Source of the DNA: an uncultured virus (IMG/VR IMGVR_UViG_3300022602_000040)
Lineage: Duplodnaviria > Heunggongvirae > Uroviricota > Caudoviricetes
DNA: 64,000 nt
Direction: 5' to 3' (one strand)
Virus record (IMG/VR): IMGVR_UViG_3300022602_000040
Shown: piece by piece, positions 46,390 to 55,452 of the stretch
Numbering within the stretch: the stretch's first letter is position 1
How the letters are laid out: every line of letters starts with the position of its first letter
Notes under the pieces: model-generated
Seen by the model: only the letters and a program-made list of their open reading frames with translations
What the model was told of the DNA's origin: nothing
The model's database searches: none
Made by a program: the position numbers and the translations under genes

Positions 46390-46823
46390 TAGCCCCCACT
46401 GGTGAATTTGATCCAGTCAACAGCAGTCCTCAATTGGAACCCTCGGTTGGTGACTGTTTTGAGAATGGATTCGAGAAGAGCGATCTTCTCTTGTTGTATG
46501 CCGATCTTCAGTGTCAGCTCGATAACGTCTTTGTCCGCATCGATGTACTGTCCAACATCCGAACGAATGATTTTACCAATTGCTGGTAGTTGCCAACCCT
46601 TTTCCTGGGTTTCGCGTGTAGGACCTTGAGTATAAAACTCGTACTTGTCCAATTTCAGAACCTTAAGCTCTGATTCATACCTACGAAGAGTCAAACGCTC
46701 TTGCGTATAGATCTTGTGGTATTTGTGATGCAGCTTGGAAATGTTCAGAGACTCTTCATCAAGAATCTCTCGCTTGACATGACTGTCTTGTTCCCACAGC
46801 TCAAAAATAGATTCAAGTTTCAT
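46389..46823 (-). CDS. uvsY: recombination mediator UvsY
   Basis: LHHKY, YIDAD, RGFQLRTAVDW.KF; synteny. Confidence 0.9.
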   Translation of the reverse strand: MKLESIFELWEQDSHVKREILDEESLNISKLHHKYHKIYTQERLTLRRYESELKVLKLDKYEFYTQGPTRETQEKGWQLPAIGKIIRSDVGQYIDADKDVIELTLKIGIQQEKIALLESILKTVTNRGFQLRTAVDWIKFTSGG

Positions 46824-46854
46824 AGTTCCTATCCGTTACAACATACTAATTATG

Positions 46855-46883
46855 GTTATACCACATCACGGATAAAAGGTCAA
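46855..46883 (-). promoter_or_regulatory. early/middle promoter upstream of uvsY
   Basis: TTGACC-17-TATAAC. Confidence 0.75.
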
Positions 46884-47347
46884 CTGATTACGTTGTAATA
46901 AAATCTCTGGAATCTGAATCTTGCACCAGCAGTAATGTATTGAACGCTGCTCAGAGTAGTATCAAGGTCAAGTTGTGTAAGTCCTGTTGGAAAGCAATCC
47001 GTAAACTTGATCTCAATCTTTGGATTCTTTGCACTATCCATAATCAATAGTGTGGCATCTGACTTCTTAGGTGCGTACTGCCCAAGATTGTCAGGGTGAC
47101 CCAACTGAACCATCCAATTGAATATCTCAAGATAGTCGGCTAGATCCTCACCGACCTTGAAAGACACAACAAGCTCATCGTACGTGATGTTGCCAGGATT
47201 GACAACCGTAACGAATGGAGAAGGAGTTGCAGCTACACCAAGAGTCATACCTGGAATCGTTGCCTGCTGAACGAGATATTCCGCGTTTGGAATTGCGTTC
47301 ATTTTGAGTATGAAATTTAGTGGGGAGAGAAAGTTCGACTGAATCAT
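46880..47347 (-). CDS. gp3: tail completion/terminator protein
   Basis: NFLSP, IPG, YDEL.V.F.V.EDL..Y.EIFNW, SDATL, FP..L. Confidence 0.88.
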   Translation of the reverse strand: MIQSNFLSPLNFILKMNAIPNAEYLVQQATIPGMTLGVAATPSPFVTVVNPGNITYDELVVSFKVGEDLADYLEIFNWMVQLGHPDNLGQYAPKKSDATLLIMDSAKNPKIEIKFTDCFPTGLTQLDLDTTLSSVQYITAGARFRFQRFYYNVIS

Positions 47348-47354
47348 TTAGCTG

Positions 47355-47383
47355 TTGCCATCCTCGATGCTTATCCGTATAAG
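47355..47383 (+). promoter_or_regulatory. early promoter (plus strand)
   Basis: GTTGCCA-17-TATAAGG matches the repeated promoter consensus. Confidence 0.7.
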
Positions 47384-47438
47384 GGGGTGTGCCCCAATAA
47401 CATCTAATACTATGGTGTATTTATCCGAGGAGATTTCG

Positions 47439-47615
47439 ATGATTACCGATGGCGAATGGATATGTGCTCGTTGTATGGATTACCGTACAACCTGTCAACT
47501 GTGTGTAGGTATGGGGCCTGAACTTATTCCTACACCAAAACAGATCAAAGACAAGGAAAAAGCTCTCACGGAGAGCCTGAAGAGTCTTGACCCACGTTTT
47601 CCTCTATACCATTAA
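47439..47615 (+). CDS. small Cys-rich protein, 58 aa
   Basis: GAGGAG RBS; CARC and CQLC; own early promoter. Confidence 0.6.
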   Translation: MITDGEWICARCMDYRTTCQLCVGMGPELIPTPKQIKDKEKALTESLKSLDPRFPLYH

Positions 47616-47647
47616 AAAAAAGAAAGGGGGCTCTTTCGAGCCCCCTT
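47614..47647 (-). terminator. intrinsic terminator after major capsid gene
   Basis: AAGGGGGCTC-GAAA-GAGCCCCCTT followed by T-tract. Confidence 0.92.
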
Positions 47648-47677
47648 CCCAGGTTTCTTACTCTTATAGTTATAAAC

Positions 47678-49066
47678 TTAGAGCAGGTTGTTAACAATAA
47701 CGCGACGGTAGTAGCGGTTTGTGTCTTGTGCAAGACGGCCAAGACCGACATAACCGGTGCCATCGTCACCGCCTTCAGCAAATGGGTTTGCAACCATGCC
47801 GTAACGAGTCTTGAAGCCAATCTTTGGCTGGAAGGTGTTAGGATCGACTGCACGAACCATCTGTAGTGGAACGTATGGGCAGTAGAATAGACCAGCATCG
47901 AATGCCGAGCTACCCTTGTAGCCAACTACCAAGTAGTTGTTACCTGCGTATGGATCGATGTAAACCTTGAAGCGGCCGTTTAGAACGCCTGCGAAGGTGT
48001 TACCGGTATCGTCAACCTGTAGGTTGTTCGAGTTAAGAGCTGGAGCGTAATCCAGAATGCCAGCCATCTGAAGAGCCGAAGCAACGTCCGATGAACAGAT
48101 GATGACATTACCCTTACCACGACGGGTGTTCTTAGCGATCTGATTAGCTTCACGCTCGATCTGGAACATCAGACCCTTGAACTTTTCAACCGACCAACGA
48201 CCGTTGGAGTCAGTGTCAAGGTCAAAGATACCCGAAGTAGTTGTACCCTGAGTTGCACCCTGCTGAGCAGTTACAACGATTGTACGGATAACTTCACGGT
48301 TGATTTCCGCAAGAATTTCAGCCGACAGAATGTTCGATAGTTCTGTTTCAGCATCTAGACCATGGATAGCCTTTAGATCCTGTGCTAGTTCTAGCGAGTA
48401 TTCAGCCTTTAGAGCACGGCTCTTAGCAGATACAGTAACCTTTTCAATGCTGAATGCCATTTCTGGGAATACAGCGATCGAGTTAGAACCAAGACCTTCT
48501 GCCAATGGAGTCTGAATACCACCAGCGAAGTTGTAGGTTGCGTTACCAGCGTTGTTCGATGCATATGGATATGTACCGATGTTGCCGTTAGCACCACCAA
48601 CGAAGGTATCGCCGGAAGCTGTCGAGTTGGAATAACCAGCTGCGTTAGCAGTTGCGTTAGCACCTTGACGAGCCGACTGACCTGTGTTAACTTCGTTGTA
48701 GAAGGTTTCGTTACCTGTCTGCGAAGAATAACGTGCGCGCATTGCGAAGATCAAACCAGTTGGACCGGTCATTGGCTGAACGCCGCAAACGTCGTAAGCA
48801 ACAAGGTTTGGCATCGCACGACGTACGAGCGAAATCAAGACTGGGTCGAAGTTCGAGATAGACGAACCAGTTGCGTTTGTAGGTGCGTTTTCACCTAGGA
48901 ATGAGGAGCCTTCCGAAACCGAACGACCTTCGTTAAGAGCACGCTCTGTGTTCTCAAGAATCATCGCTGTTACGGCACGGCGGTGTTGGTCCTTAATATT
49001 TGGAAGGTCTTCGTGCTCAAGCACTGGCTTCCACTTATTCTGGACGTCTTCTGCTAGAATTGACAT
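47678..49066 (-). CDS. gp23: major capsid protein
   Basis: KW.PVLE, DPVLISLVRRAMP, GVQPMTGPTGLIFAMR, ELAQDLKAIHGLDAE, FQPKIGFKTRYG. Confidence 0.99.
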   Translation of the reverse strand: MSILAEDVQNKWKPVLEHEDLPNIKDQHRRAVTAMILENTERALNEGRSVSEGSSFLGENAPTNATGSSISNFDPVLISLVRRAMPNLVAYDVCGVQPMTGPTGLIFAMRARYSSQTGNETFYNEVNTGQSARQGANATANAAGYSNSTASGDTFVGGANGNIGTYPYASNNAGNATYNFAGGIQTPLAEGLGSNSIAVFPEMAFSIEKVTVSAKSRALKAEYSLELAQDLKAIHGLDAETELSNILSAEILAEINREVIRTIVVTAQQGATQGTTTSGIFDLDTDSNGRWSVEKFKGLMFQIEREANQIAKNTRRGKGNVIICSSDVASALQMAGILDYAPALNSNNLQVDDTGNTFAGVLNGRFKVYIDPYAGNNYLVVGYKGSSAFDAGLFYCPYVPLQMVRAVDPNTFQPKIGFKTRYGMVANPFAEGGDDGTGYVGLGRLAQDTNRYYRRVIVNNLL

Positions 49067-49109
49067 TTACTTCTTCTCCCTTGTAATTAGCTCTTCTATG
49101 AAGCTATCT

Positions 49110-49117
49110 TATTTATA
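49110..49117 (-). promoter_or_regulatory. late promoter TATAAATA
   Basis: Exact motif upstream of gp23. Confidence 0.85.
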
Positions 49118-49123
49118 CTTTTA

Positions 49124-50179
49124 TTACTTTACAGACTTAGAAATTGCACTTACGTATTGAGCCATGTGAGCTGGTACGCGAGCTTCTGAACCTGTGTCGG
49201 TTGTTCCGTCGATTTCTTCTGTGATCAAACCAGTCGAAGCAGGTGCTCTCTTCTTTGCAGAGAAGTAGCTTTCCTTTACGATTTCCAGCTTTCTGCGATA
49301 TGTGTCAGGATCTGTATATTCGATACCTTCTGCAAGAGTACGAAGCTTTTCCTGCTGAGTTACTGCAAGACCGCTAGCAACTTCATCAAGTGTTGCTTCT
49401 TTAACAGCTTCGCTGACAACGCTTTCGAGTTCAATCTTTTCGTCGATAGCTTCGTTTAGCTTAGCCTTAAGCTCAGCGTTCTCCTGCTGTAGTTCACCGA
49501 GAACGTCTAGCTTAGCTTCTGGAACAGCAATGTAGTGTTCCATGAATAGGTTCTGAAGGCTCTTCATGAAGTCTTCTGCGATATCACCACGTAGCGACTT
49601 TTCGATCGCAATAGCGTTGGTTTCCATCCACTGCTCGATAGCATAGGTTAAGTATTGATCTAGCTTGTCAGCAGTTTCTTCGAAAATAGCTGCAGCCTGC
49701 TCTTCAAGCTTCTCTGCATATTCTTCTTCAAGCTGCTCAACAGCTGCCTGGAATTCTTCCTCAAGACGAGTTGTTTCGAGAATGCAACGTGCGTTGACAG
49801 CAGCTTCAAAAACAACAGTTGCCTTTTCACGAGTTTCTTCCGAGAACTCATCACCGAACATCTCTTCGATGTCTTCCTTAATACCAAGTGTTGGCATTGG
49901 TTCGGCTGGAAGTGGACCACTTCCTTGAGCGGCAGAACCCTTTGCCTTGATAGAGTTGAGGTTAGAAGCAGCATTGCCACCGCCGATAGCATCAGCTTCG
50001 TGACCAATGTTTGCCAGCGCATCATTCAAGAAGTGCGAAAGATCTTCCTTGCCTAGCTGCGAAGCTAGCTTCATAAATGTAGCAAGCATTTCTGCCTTAG
50101 ATTCTGTACCACCAGAACCAGCACCTGGGTGCAGTGTGTCTGACGCTGCAGTCTCTTGAATGTTTTCGTTGTCTGCCAT
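49124..50179 (-). CDS. gp22: prohead core scaffold protein
   Basis: KATVVFEAAV, DQYLTY, LF.EHYI.VP, KESYF; synteny. Confidence 0.92.
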   Translation of the reverse strand: MADNENIQETAASDTLHPGAGSGGTESKAEMLATFMKLASQLGKEDLSHFLNDALANIGHEADAIGGGNAASNLNSIKAKGSAAQGSGPLPAEPMPTLGIKEDIEEMFGDEFSEETREKATVVFEAAVNARCILETTRLEEEFQAAVEQLEEEYAEKLEEQAAAIFEETADKLDQYLTYAIEQWMETNAIAIEKSLRGDIAEDFMKSLQNLFMEHYIAVPEAKLDVLGELQQENAELKAKLNEAIDEKIELESVVSEAVKEATLDEVASGLAVTQQEKLRTLAEGIEYTDPDTYRRKLEIVKESYFSAKKRAPASTGLITEEIDGTTDTGSEARVPAHMAQYVSAISKSVK

Positions 50180-50211
50180 TTTATACTCCCTTGAGGTATT
50201 TTCTATATTTA

Positions 50212-50889
50212 TTAAAACGTAATTTTTGAAAGTTTATCGAGGTATGACTCGAAAATCTTAAACTTTTTCTTCTCTAGTTCGCGGGAAGAAACAGCGTTCT
50301 CGATAACTTGCTTCGCTTGTTCCGCAAGAGCAATAGCCTTCCAACCAGCCTTAGGATCGTACACCCATTCACAACCTTCCATGATTCCGTTTACGAAAGC
50401 ATTAGGAGCAGAAGGGTCTGCAACGATGTCAGCAGCGGTTGCGAGTCTGAAGTCGTTCTTAACGTAATTAATCCCGTTTTTCTCTTCAAGAGAACCCATA
50501 CCACGAGAAGAAACACCTAGCTGAGCACCAGACTCAATAAGACCACGAGCGATGTTGCCCATTGGTGTTTCTGTAATCTTTGCCTTACCAATCCATCTGT
50601 TGTTGGTTGGATCGTCACGTAGTTCGGTAATGATATGAGAAACACGATCGAGATTGATCTGTGGACCTGATGGATGACCAAGTTCGCCAAAAGCACGTTT
50701 GGTGTCGACTTGCTCTTTTAGGTAGCGCTTGACTTCATTCTCCATGATATCTTTACCATAGATACGACCATTCTTGTTCTGGGTTTCGTACACCAAGAAC
50801 GGACCTTCGATGTAAAGGTTTTTACCGCCACTTTCTTTGGCTTCAGTGACGTACTTGACATCTTCGTTAAGTTCTGTAATCAGACGCAT
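50212..50889 (-). CDS. gp21: prohead protease
   Basis: NKNGRIY, GELGHP, LGVSSRGMGSL, DIVADPSAPNAFV. Confidence 0.97.
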   Translation of the reverse strand: MRLITELNEDVKYVTEAKESGGKNLYIEGPFLVYETQNKNGRIYGKDIMENEVKRYLKEQVDTKRAFGELGHPSGPQINLDRVSHIITELRDDPTNNRWIGKAKITETPMGNIARGLIESGAQLGVSSRGMGSLEEKNGINYVKNDFRLATAADIVADPSAPNAFVNGIMEGCEWVYDPKAGWKAIALAEQAKQVIENAVSSRELEKKKFKIFESYLDKLSKITF

Positions 50890-50894
50890 TTGTA

Positions 50895-52934
50895 TTAGCC
50901 TTTACTTTGCAATGCGAAGTCAAGCAGTTCGTTAATACCTCTTGGAGTATCGCACTGCATCAACATCTTCTGTTGGTTATCAGTATTTAGGCTTTCAAAA
51001 AGTCCGAGTAGTGTATGAATATGACTTTCGCTGATACCTTCTAGCTTCTTCACAAGACGCTCTTCAGGAGGCAGGACTTCTTCAACAACTGGTGAATACT
51101 TGGAAATAGCCATGTTGATGACACTCTCCTTAGTCAGCTTTTTACCCGATGCCGACTTAACATCCTGCATGTACTGATCGTAACCCTTCTGCCATTCCTT
51201 GCCTTCTGCAGACTTTGGGTCATGGTAGTTAGGAGTCGACTTGCCTGTACGTGCATCTCTGCGAGCAGCATCCCAGCCGTGATCGAAGTGATCGCTCTTG
51301 TCCCAGTCAGCATCGTTACCTGTGCATGCTGGACAGTTGCAGTTAGCACCGTGCGCAGCTTCGTCGATCTTTTTCTGATATGGACCAGACATATAGTTAG
51401 CAACACCGTCGAGCATGGAAGCTGCCTGAGCAATCTTTACCTGTACCCATGCTGGTAGCTGTGCTTCTGGCTTTAGCTTTGGCATGAGCGCCTTTACAGC
51501 GCGATCAGCGGTTGCAAGTTGATCCATAGCCATACCACCTTCGTAGTCGACTTCTTCGGATACCTTCTTTGCAGTTGCCGTAGCAATAGCCATCTTCTTC
51601 GACATAGACATACCTGGATTCTCACGCTCCATTGCCTTAGCAATTTCTTCGCGCTTCTTCATCTCAGCAGGTGTCAGGTGCTTTTCATCTAACTCTTCGA
51701 ACTCTTCCTTGATCTGACCCTTTTCTTTCATAGAAGCAAGTCTACTACGACCGTAATCCTTATGCCAGCTCTTCTTTAGATCACCGATAGCGCTCTTATA
51801 GCTACTACGTGTTGGCGATTCGCTGCTAATACCGTGTTGCTGTACATGTGAGCTCAATGCACTAATGTGCTGTTGAACAGCTTTTCTGTCACCAGAAGCA
51901 ATTGCTTTACCCAGCGCAGCGTGCAACTCAGTTGCCTTTGTGTGAGGGGAATTGTTGTCAACAACGTGCTTATCAGCTAGCTTGTTAAGAGCAGCCGACT
52001 TGATCTTTTCCATGCTACCAGCAGGGGTCTTGGAAACTGGCTTCTTGTCAGCATACACTGGCTTGGTTTCATGGGACGCATAGCTGACATAATTCTGTTG
52101 CATAGCTGGCTTGTTTGCCTTACGCTCTGCTGCAACAGCGGCACGATTCTTATCGCGACCATATGTCTTAATTTCTACGTGGTGCTGCTTGTATGCACCC
52201 TTATCTGTGATGTCGCCACCGATGTGCTTCTCAACAGCACCCATCACGCGGTGTAGCGCTTCTTCTTTCGAGTGATGTGGTTCAGAATACTCATTGTAAT
52301 GTGTAGGAACGTATTTACCACGGACTGTCCTGCCCGTGTTGTGTACCCTTTGAGAACGCTTAACAGTCATAGGAGATTCGGCGTTGCTTACACCATACTT
52401 GGTACGACCGTAATCGGCTGATACATGTGTTGCAGCAACTGGCTTACCATTGACGTGTACGACAGCGACACGGCCAGATGAGATAGCTTTACCGATATTG
52501 GTCTTGAAGTTGTGATACGAGGAAGCTCGGCCTGCAGAATCAACATCAGAGTGTTCACCGCCGCCTGAACCAGTCAACGCTTTGATCATGTGCTTTGGTA
52601 GGCCTTTCATATTGCCCACACCTTCTTCAAGAGTATCGAAGTCTACACCATCAAGGTCATAAAACTCAAAAGTCTCTTCTTCTGAATAAACCTTAGCATC
52701 AGCCTTTGGATCGTAGCCTTCACGTGTCTTCTTACGATCAACAACCTTAATGTTGCTACCGTCATACAAGTCGTCCTTAGCTCCTAGCTTTGGATCGTTA
52801 TTATCAATCTTGTCAGTGGCATGCTTACCAACGAACGCATCCTGTCCACCGTCGTGGGAATCACCACCGGTGTCTTTGTACGCCTTGGCGAACAATGCGC
52901 GCAAGTCGATTGGTGTATTACTCTTCGTTGCCAT
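50895..52934 (-). CDS. large multi-module prohead core/internal protein (gp68 position)
   Basis: Between gp67-like and gp21; modules separated by TLEEG, ELDEK, VSEE, IDEAA. Confidence 0.65.
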   Translation of the reverse strand: MATKSNTPIDLRALFAKAYKDTGGDSHDGGQDAFVGKHATDKIDNNDPKLGAKDDLYDGSNIKVVDRKKTREGYDPKADAKVYSEEETFEFYDLDGVDFDTLEEGVGNMKGLPKHMIKALTGSGGGEHSDVDSAGRASSYHNFKTNIGKAISSGRVAVVHVNGKPVAATHVSADYGRTKYGVSNAESPMTVKRSQRVHNTGRTVRGKYVPTHYNEYSEPHHSKEEALHRVMGAVEKHIGGDITDKGAYKQHHVEIKTYGRDKNRAAVAAERKANKPAMQQNYVSYASHETKPVYADKKPVSKTPAGSMEKIKSAALNKLADKHVVDNNSPHTKATELHAALGKAIASGDRKAVQQHISALSSHVQQHGISSESPTRSSYKSAIGDLKKSWHKDYGRSRLASMKEKGQIKEEFEELDEKHLTPAEMKKREEIAKAMERENPGMSMSKKMAIATATAKKVSEEVDYEGGMAMDQLATADRAVKALMPKLKPEAQLPAWVQVKIAQAASMLDGVANYMSGPYQKKIDEAAHGANCNCPACTGNDADWDKSDHFDHGWDAARRDARTGKSTPNYHDPKSAEGKEWQKGYDQYMQDVKSASGKKLTKESVINMAISKYSPVVEEVLPPEERLVKKLEGISESHIHTLLGLFESLNTDNQQKMLMQCDTPRGINELLDFALQSKG

Positions 52935-53181
52935 CTGTGTAGTCCCCTAGATCGAGATCGTCTAAATTAATATCGTCAAAATCATCTAGGTCCAACTCAT
53001 CACTATCAAAACCGAACTCGTCTTGATCTTCTGGGCCACCGTAGATGCTCTTCGCTAGATCGACTTTATAATCGGCGAGAGCGTCAGCAGCCTTCTGCTT
53101 TAGTAGCTGATCAAGAGTGTCCGCGAATTCAATAGGATTCTTATCAATCGCTAGACCAAGTAAATCTGTTGTAGTAGGCAT
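52918..53181 (-). CDS. acidic prohead core protein (gp67-like)
   Basis: Small acidic ORF right after portal; late promoter at 53204-53211. Confidence 0.7.
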   Translation of the reverse strand: MPTTTDLLGLAIDKNPIEFADTLDQLLKQKAADALADYKVDLAKSIYGGPEDQDEFGFDSDELDLDDFDDINLDDLDLGDYTDGNEE

Positions 53182-53203
53182 AATTTATCCCTTAATTATT
53201 GTA

Positions 53204-53211
53204 TATTTATA
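53204..53211 (-). promoter_or_regulatory. late promoter TATAAATA
   Basis: Exact motif in portal/gp67 intergenic region. Confidence 0.8.
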
Positions 53212-53212
53212 A

Positions 53213-54781
53213 TTACTTCGAAGGCGCTGGTTGCGGCTCTTCACCTGCTTGTTGCTGCTGTTGAATCTCCAACTGCTGCTGGGCTAACTGAGGATTCCAC
53301 TTAGGATCATTCATCGTTTCGTTATTTTGTTCACCGATTTCCTTGACTTCTTCATCGGTCTGGAATAGAACATGCTTCTGTACATACTGTGGCGAGTAGA
53401 ATGTACCAATGTACGGTGTGATCTGCGCAAGAGTAGACAGACGATCACGAAGAACTTCTGTTTCTTTAAGCTGTGCGAAGTAGTTATCCTGCGAGAATTT
53501 GAACTTGATAGAGTCTCTAAACTGATCCCAATCTTCAGGTGTAATGATGCCCTTTAAGATTAGCTGACGCTCAAGAATCTTCATAAACAACTGAGCAAAC
53601 TTGTTACGTAGTCGGTTTGTGAACTTAGAAAACTTGATTTCGTCTCTGTTGATTTCTTGGCCACGACCGATAGAGAAACCTTCGTTAGGGTCAAGACGTG
53701 TGATAGGGACGTTTAGTGACTTGTATAGTTTGCGCTGGAAGTACAAGATGTCGTCTAGCTGACCTAAGTTCTGACCACCAGGAAGTGTTGTAATTTCTGT
53801 ACCACGTTCACCGCCACGACGTGGAAGCCAGAAGTCTTCAAGCATCGTCATGAACTTACGGTCATCGCGTACTTCACCTGTTGTTGAGTCGTATACGAGC
53901 TTGTTCTTGAACTTCGTCATAATGTCACGAAGATACTGCTCAGCCTTCATCTTGGGAAGGTTACCGACATCGATGTAGAAGATGCGACGTTCAGGAGCAC
54001 GAGAAATACGATAGATGACAAGCGAGTCTTCCATCGCTGCCAACTGATTGAGTGGCTTTAGTGCTTTGTGGAGATAGGACTGTACAAGGTCGCCGTTAAC
54101 ACTGAGCTGACCTGATGTATTGTATACGATTGCGTCCTTGGCGATCTTTACACCACCGATAGAGTTTGTTGGGATGGAAGAGTTACCGACCATCTTTGCA
54201 AAACCTTTATCGTTGTAGATGTAGTATTCGAGAGCAGTCTGCAAAACCGAAACGTCGGTAGCAGCATTCAGTCTCTTTCTCTTGACTTCGCGTACCTTAC
54301 GAATCTTACGTGGGTCGATGTAACGAAGTTCGACAATACCGAGTGCAGGATTTTCGTTGTCAATAATTGCGTGATAGTATAATCTGCCGTCAACGTACCA
54401 ACGCTTAAAGATATCGTATGCTAGGTCGTTGAATTCTAGTAGCTTCAGAACACCGTTGAACTCATCGAGCAACATGTTCTTTACTCTTTCAGGCTGATCC
54501 AGTTCATCGAGAACAAGCTCGACTACATTCTGTTCTGGTTCCTGAGTGATGACTTCATTTACAATGTCATCAATAGCTGCTTCAACTTCAGGGTATTGAG
54601 CAATTTCTCTGTACTTATTGACCAGTTCGGACTCGGTTCTGATAGAACCATCCATGTCAATGTAAGTACCGTAAACACCACCTTCAGCAACGACGACGGC
54701 GCCGTCATCAATCTGCTTAGAAGCAAACGACAACGGCTCCGGCGTTTTTCTTTTAAATTCGTATCCAAATAGTTCTGCCAA
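53213..54781 (-). CDS. gp20: portal protein
   Basis: WYVDGR, YRISRAPERRIFYIDVGNLPK, EDFWLPRR, GTEITTLPGG. Confidence 0.98.
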   Translation of the reverse strand: MAELFGYEFKRKTPEPLSFASKQIDDGAVVVAEGGVYGTYIDMDGSIRTESELVNKYREIAQYPEVEAAIDDIVNEVITQEPEQNVVELVLDELDQPERVKNMLLDEFNGVLKLLEFNDLAYDIFKRWYVDGRLYYHAIIDNENPALGIVELRYIDPRKIRKVREVKRKRLNAATDVSVLQTALEYYIYNDKGFAKMVGNSSIPTNSIGGVKIAKDAIVYNTSGQLSVNGDLVQSYLHKALKPLNQLAAMEDSLVIYRISRAPERRIFYIDVGNLPKMKAEQYLRDIMTKFKNKLVYDSTTGEVRDDRKFMTMLEDFWLPRRGGERGTEITTLPGGQNLGQLDDILYFQRKLYKSLNVPITRLDPNEGFSIGRGQEINRDEIKFSKFTNRLRNKFAQLFMKILERQLILKGIITPEDWDQFRDSIKFKFSQDNYFAQLKETEVLRDRLSTLAQITPYIGTFYSPQYVQKHVLFQTDEEVKEIGEQNNETMNDPKWNPQLAQQQLEIQQQQQAGEEPQPAPSK

Positions 54782-54833
54782 TGTATCTCACCTTTATCAC
54801 TAATATATTAACGAACAGAGTTCGTATTAAACA

Positions 54834-55421
54834 TTATACAATACCACCGGCACCTGTTCCTGTGACAGTCCAATAGTCGTACTGGAATGTGACTGGGAAT
54901 GTTTCGATCTGATCGGTTGCGCTCCAATCTAGAGCAATATCACCGATATCCGTTGGGAACAGACCGACGAAGGTGTACACTCTGATTGGTGTACCGTCTT
55001 TTGCATACTGGGTTACTGTTGCGGCAGCCTTGTAATCACCTGGTGTTGCACCAATTGTACGAAGGTTGGACTGTAGACCATTGATCTGCGATAGCCATTC
55101 TTCGAACACGTTACGAAGACCGAAGTCTTCGTCGTTGATTACGCTAACACCCCAAGCTGGGAACGTGCGATCACCAGCTAGCTTGAACTTACGACCCATA
55201 TATGGTACTTCGATATTTCCAATGTTGACCGCTGGAAGCGAAGCTGATTGAATCAAGAATGGGGCAGTTGCAAGAGATGCACCAGCGGTAAGTTTATTAC
55301 CGCCAGTACCAGCATTACCAGGTGCTACAATTTGTACGCTGAACAGATTCTGTCTAGCACCACCTAGCTTCAGATTCGATTGTAGAGCGTTAATCGAAAA
55401 CTGTGTTTTATCGAGAGCCAT
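54834..55421 (-). CDS. gp19: tail tube protein
   Basis: GARQNLF, LAGDRTF..W, INDEDF.LR..FE.W, FPVTFQYDYW. Confidence 0.95.
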   Translation of the reverse strand: MALDKTQFSINALQSNLKLGGARQNLFSVQIVAPGNAGTGGNKLTAGASLATAPFLIQSASLPAVNIGNIEVPYMGRKFKLAGDRTFPAWGVSVINDEDFGLRNVFEEWLSQINGLQSNLRTIGATPGDYKAAATVTQYAKDGTPIRVYTFVGLFPTDIGDIALDWSATDQIETFPVTFQYDYWTVTGTGAGGIV

Positions 55422-55443
55422 TTTCTTTTATCTCCTTATACCT

Positions 55444-55451
55444 TATTTATA
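55444..55451 (-). promoter_or_regulatory. late promoter TATAAATA
   Basis: Exact motif upstream of gp19. Confidence 0.85.
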
Positions 55452-55452
55452 C

